Below, piece after piece: positions 20,052 to 20,304 of a DNA stretch of 20,304 bases. Both the position numbers and the translations under genes were made by a program. Under the pieces are notes generated by a model. It had not been told where the DNA came from, made no database searches, and worked only from the letters and a program-made list of their open reading frames with translations. The number at the start of each line of letters is the position of its first letter. Position 1 is the first letter of the stretch. This DNA comes from Octopus sinensis (lineage: Eukaryota), in NCBI RefSeq assembly GCF_006345805.1, contig NW_021824085.1:1-20304 (forward strand), in the 5' to 3' direction.

Positions 20052-20304
20052 GGAAGAAATGGAGCCGAACGAAGATTCTACCAAATTCCTTTTTATTATT
20101 TTCTACACATATTTCAAAGGCTGCAAATTCCAAAGCTTGCTGCGCATTTGTTTTGAGATTTTAAGTTCCTGGATTTTCCTGAAGAGAAAGCTGCAGAATG
20201 GTCTCCTTATTCAATCCGAATTTGGGAATTTGCAGCCTTTGAAACATGTGTAGAAAATTATAAAAAGGAATTTGGTAAAATCTTCGTTCGGGTCCATTTC
20301 TTCC
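20052..20304. mobile_element. MITE/foldback element with inverted arms of at least 80 bp, running off the window end
   Basis: 20052-20131 versus the reverse complement of 20225-20304 gives 76/80 identity, with a 93-bp spacer. It is preceded by (TA)n. Confidence 0.8.

Noticed and set aside
20059-20253. 64-aa ORF
   Set aside because: It lies inside the inverted-repeat MITE and has no protein motif.

Overview
AT-rich, microsatellite-dense animal nuclear DNA, not prokaryotic. The SINE families resemble those I recall from Octopus genomes (inference, not a database match). I find no recognisable host gene, rRNA, tRNA or CRISPR array, and nearly all ORF-track entries are translated microsatellites. 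The window is a mosaic of mobile-element relics: two 5'-truncated R4/Dong-clade RLE LINEs next to (TAA)n tracts, an RTE fragment, Penelope-like ORF relics, three tRNA-derived SINE families, a tail-out composite of two Tc1/mariner transposase 3' ends, a small mariner remnant and two foldback/MITE-like inverted repeats. The best hidden signal is four type I hammerhead-ribozyme folds in unrelated short segments next to (TA)n, typical of Penelope-like terminal repeats. The one at 12697-12764 (minus) has a canonical core inside a perfect 17-bp helix. Two others share a CCGACGA core variant. Activity is untested.
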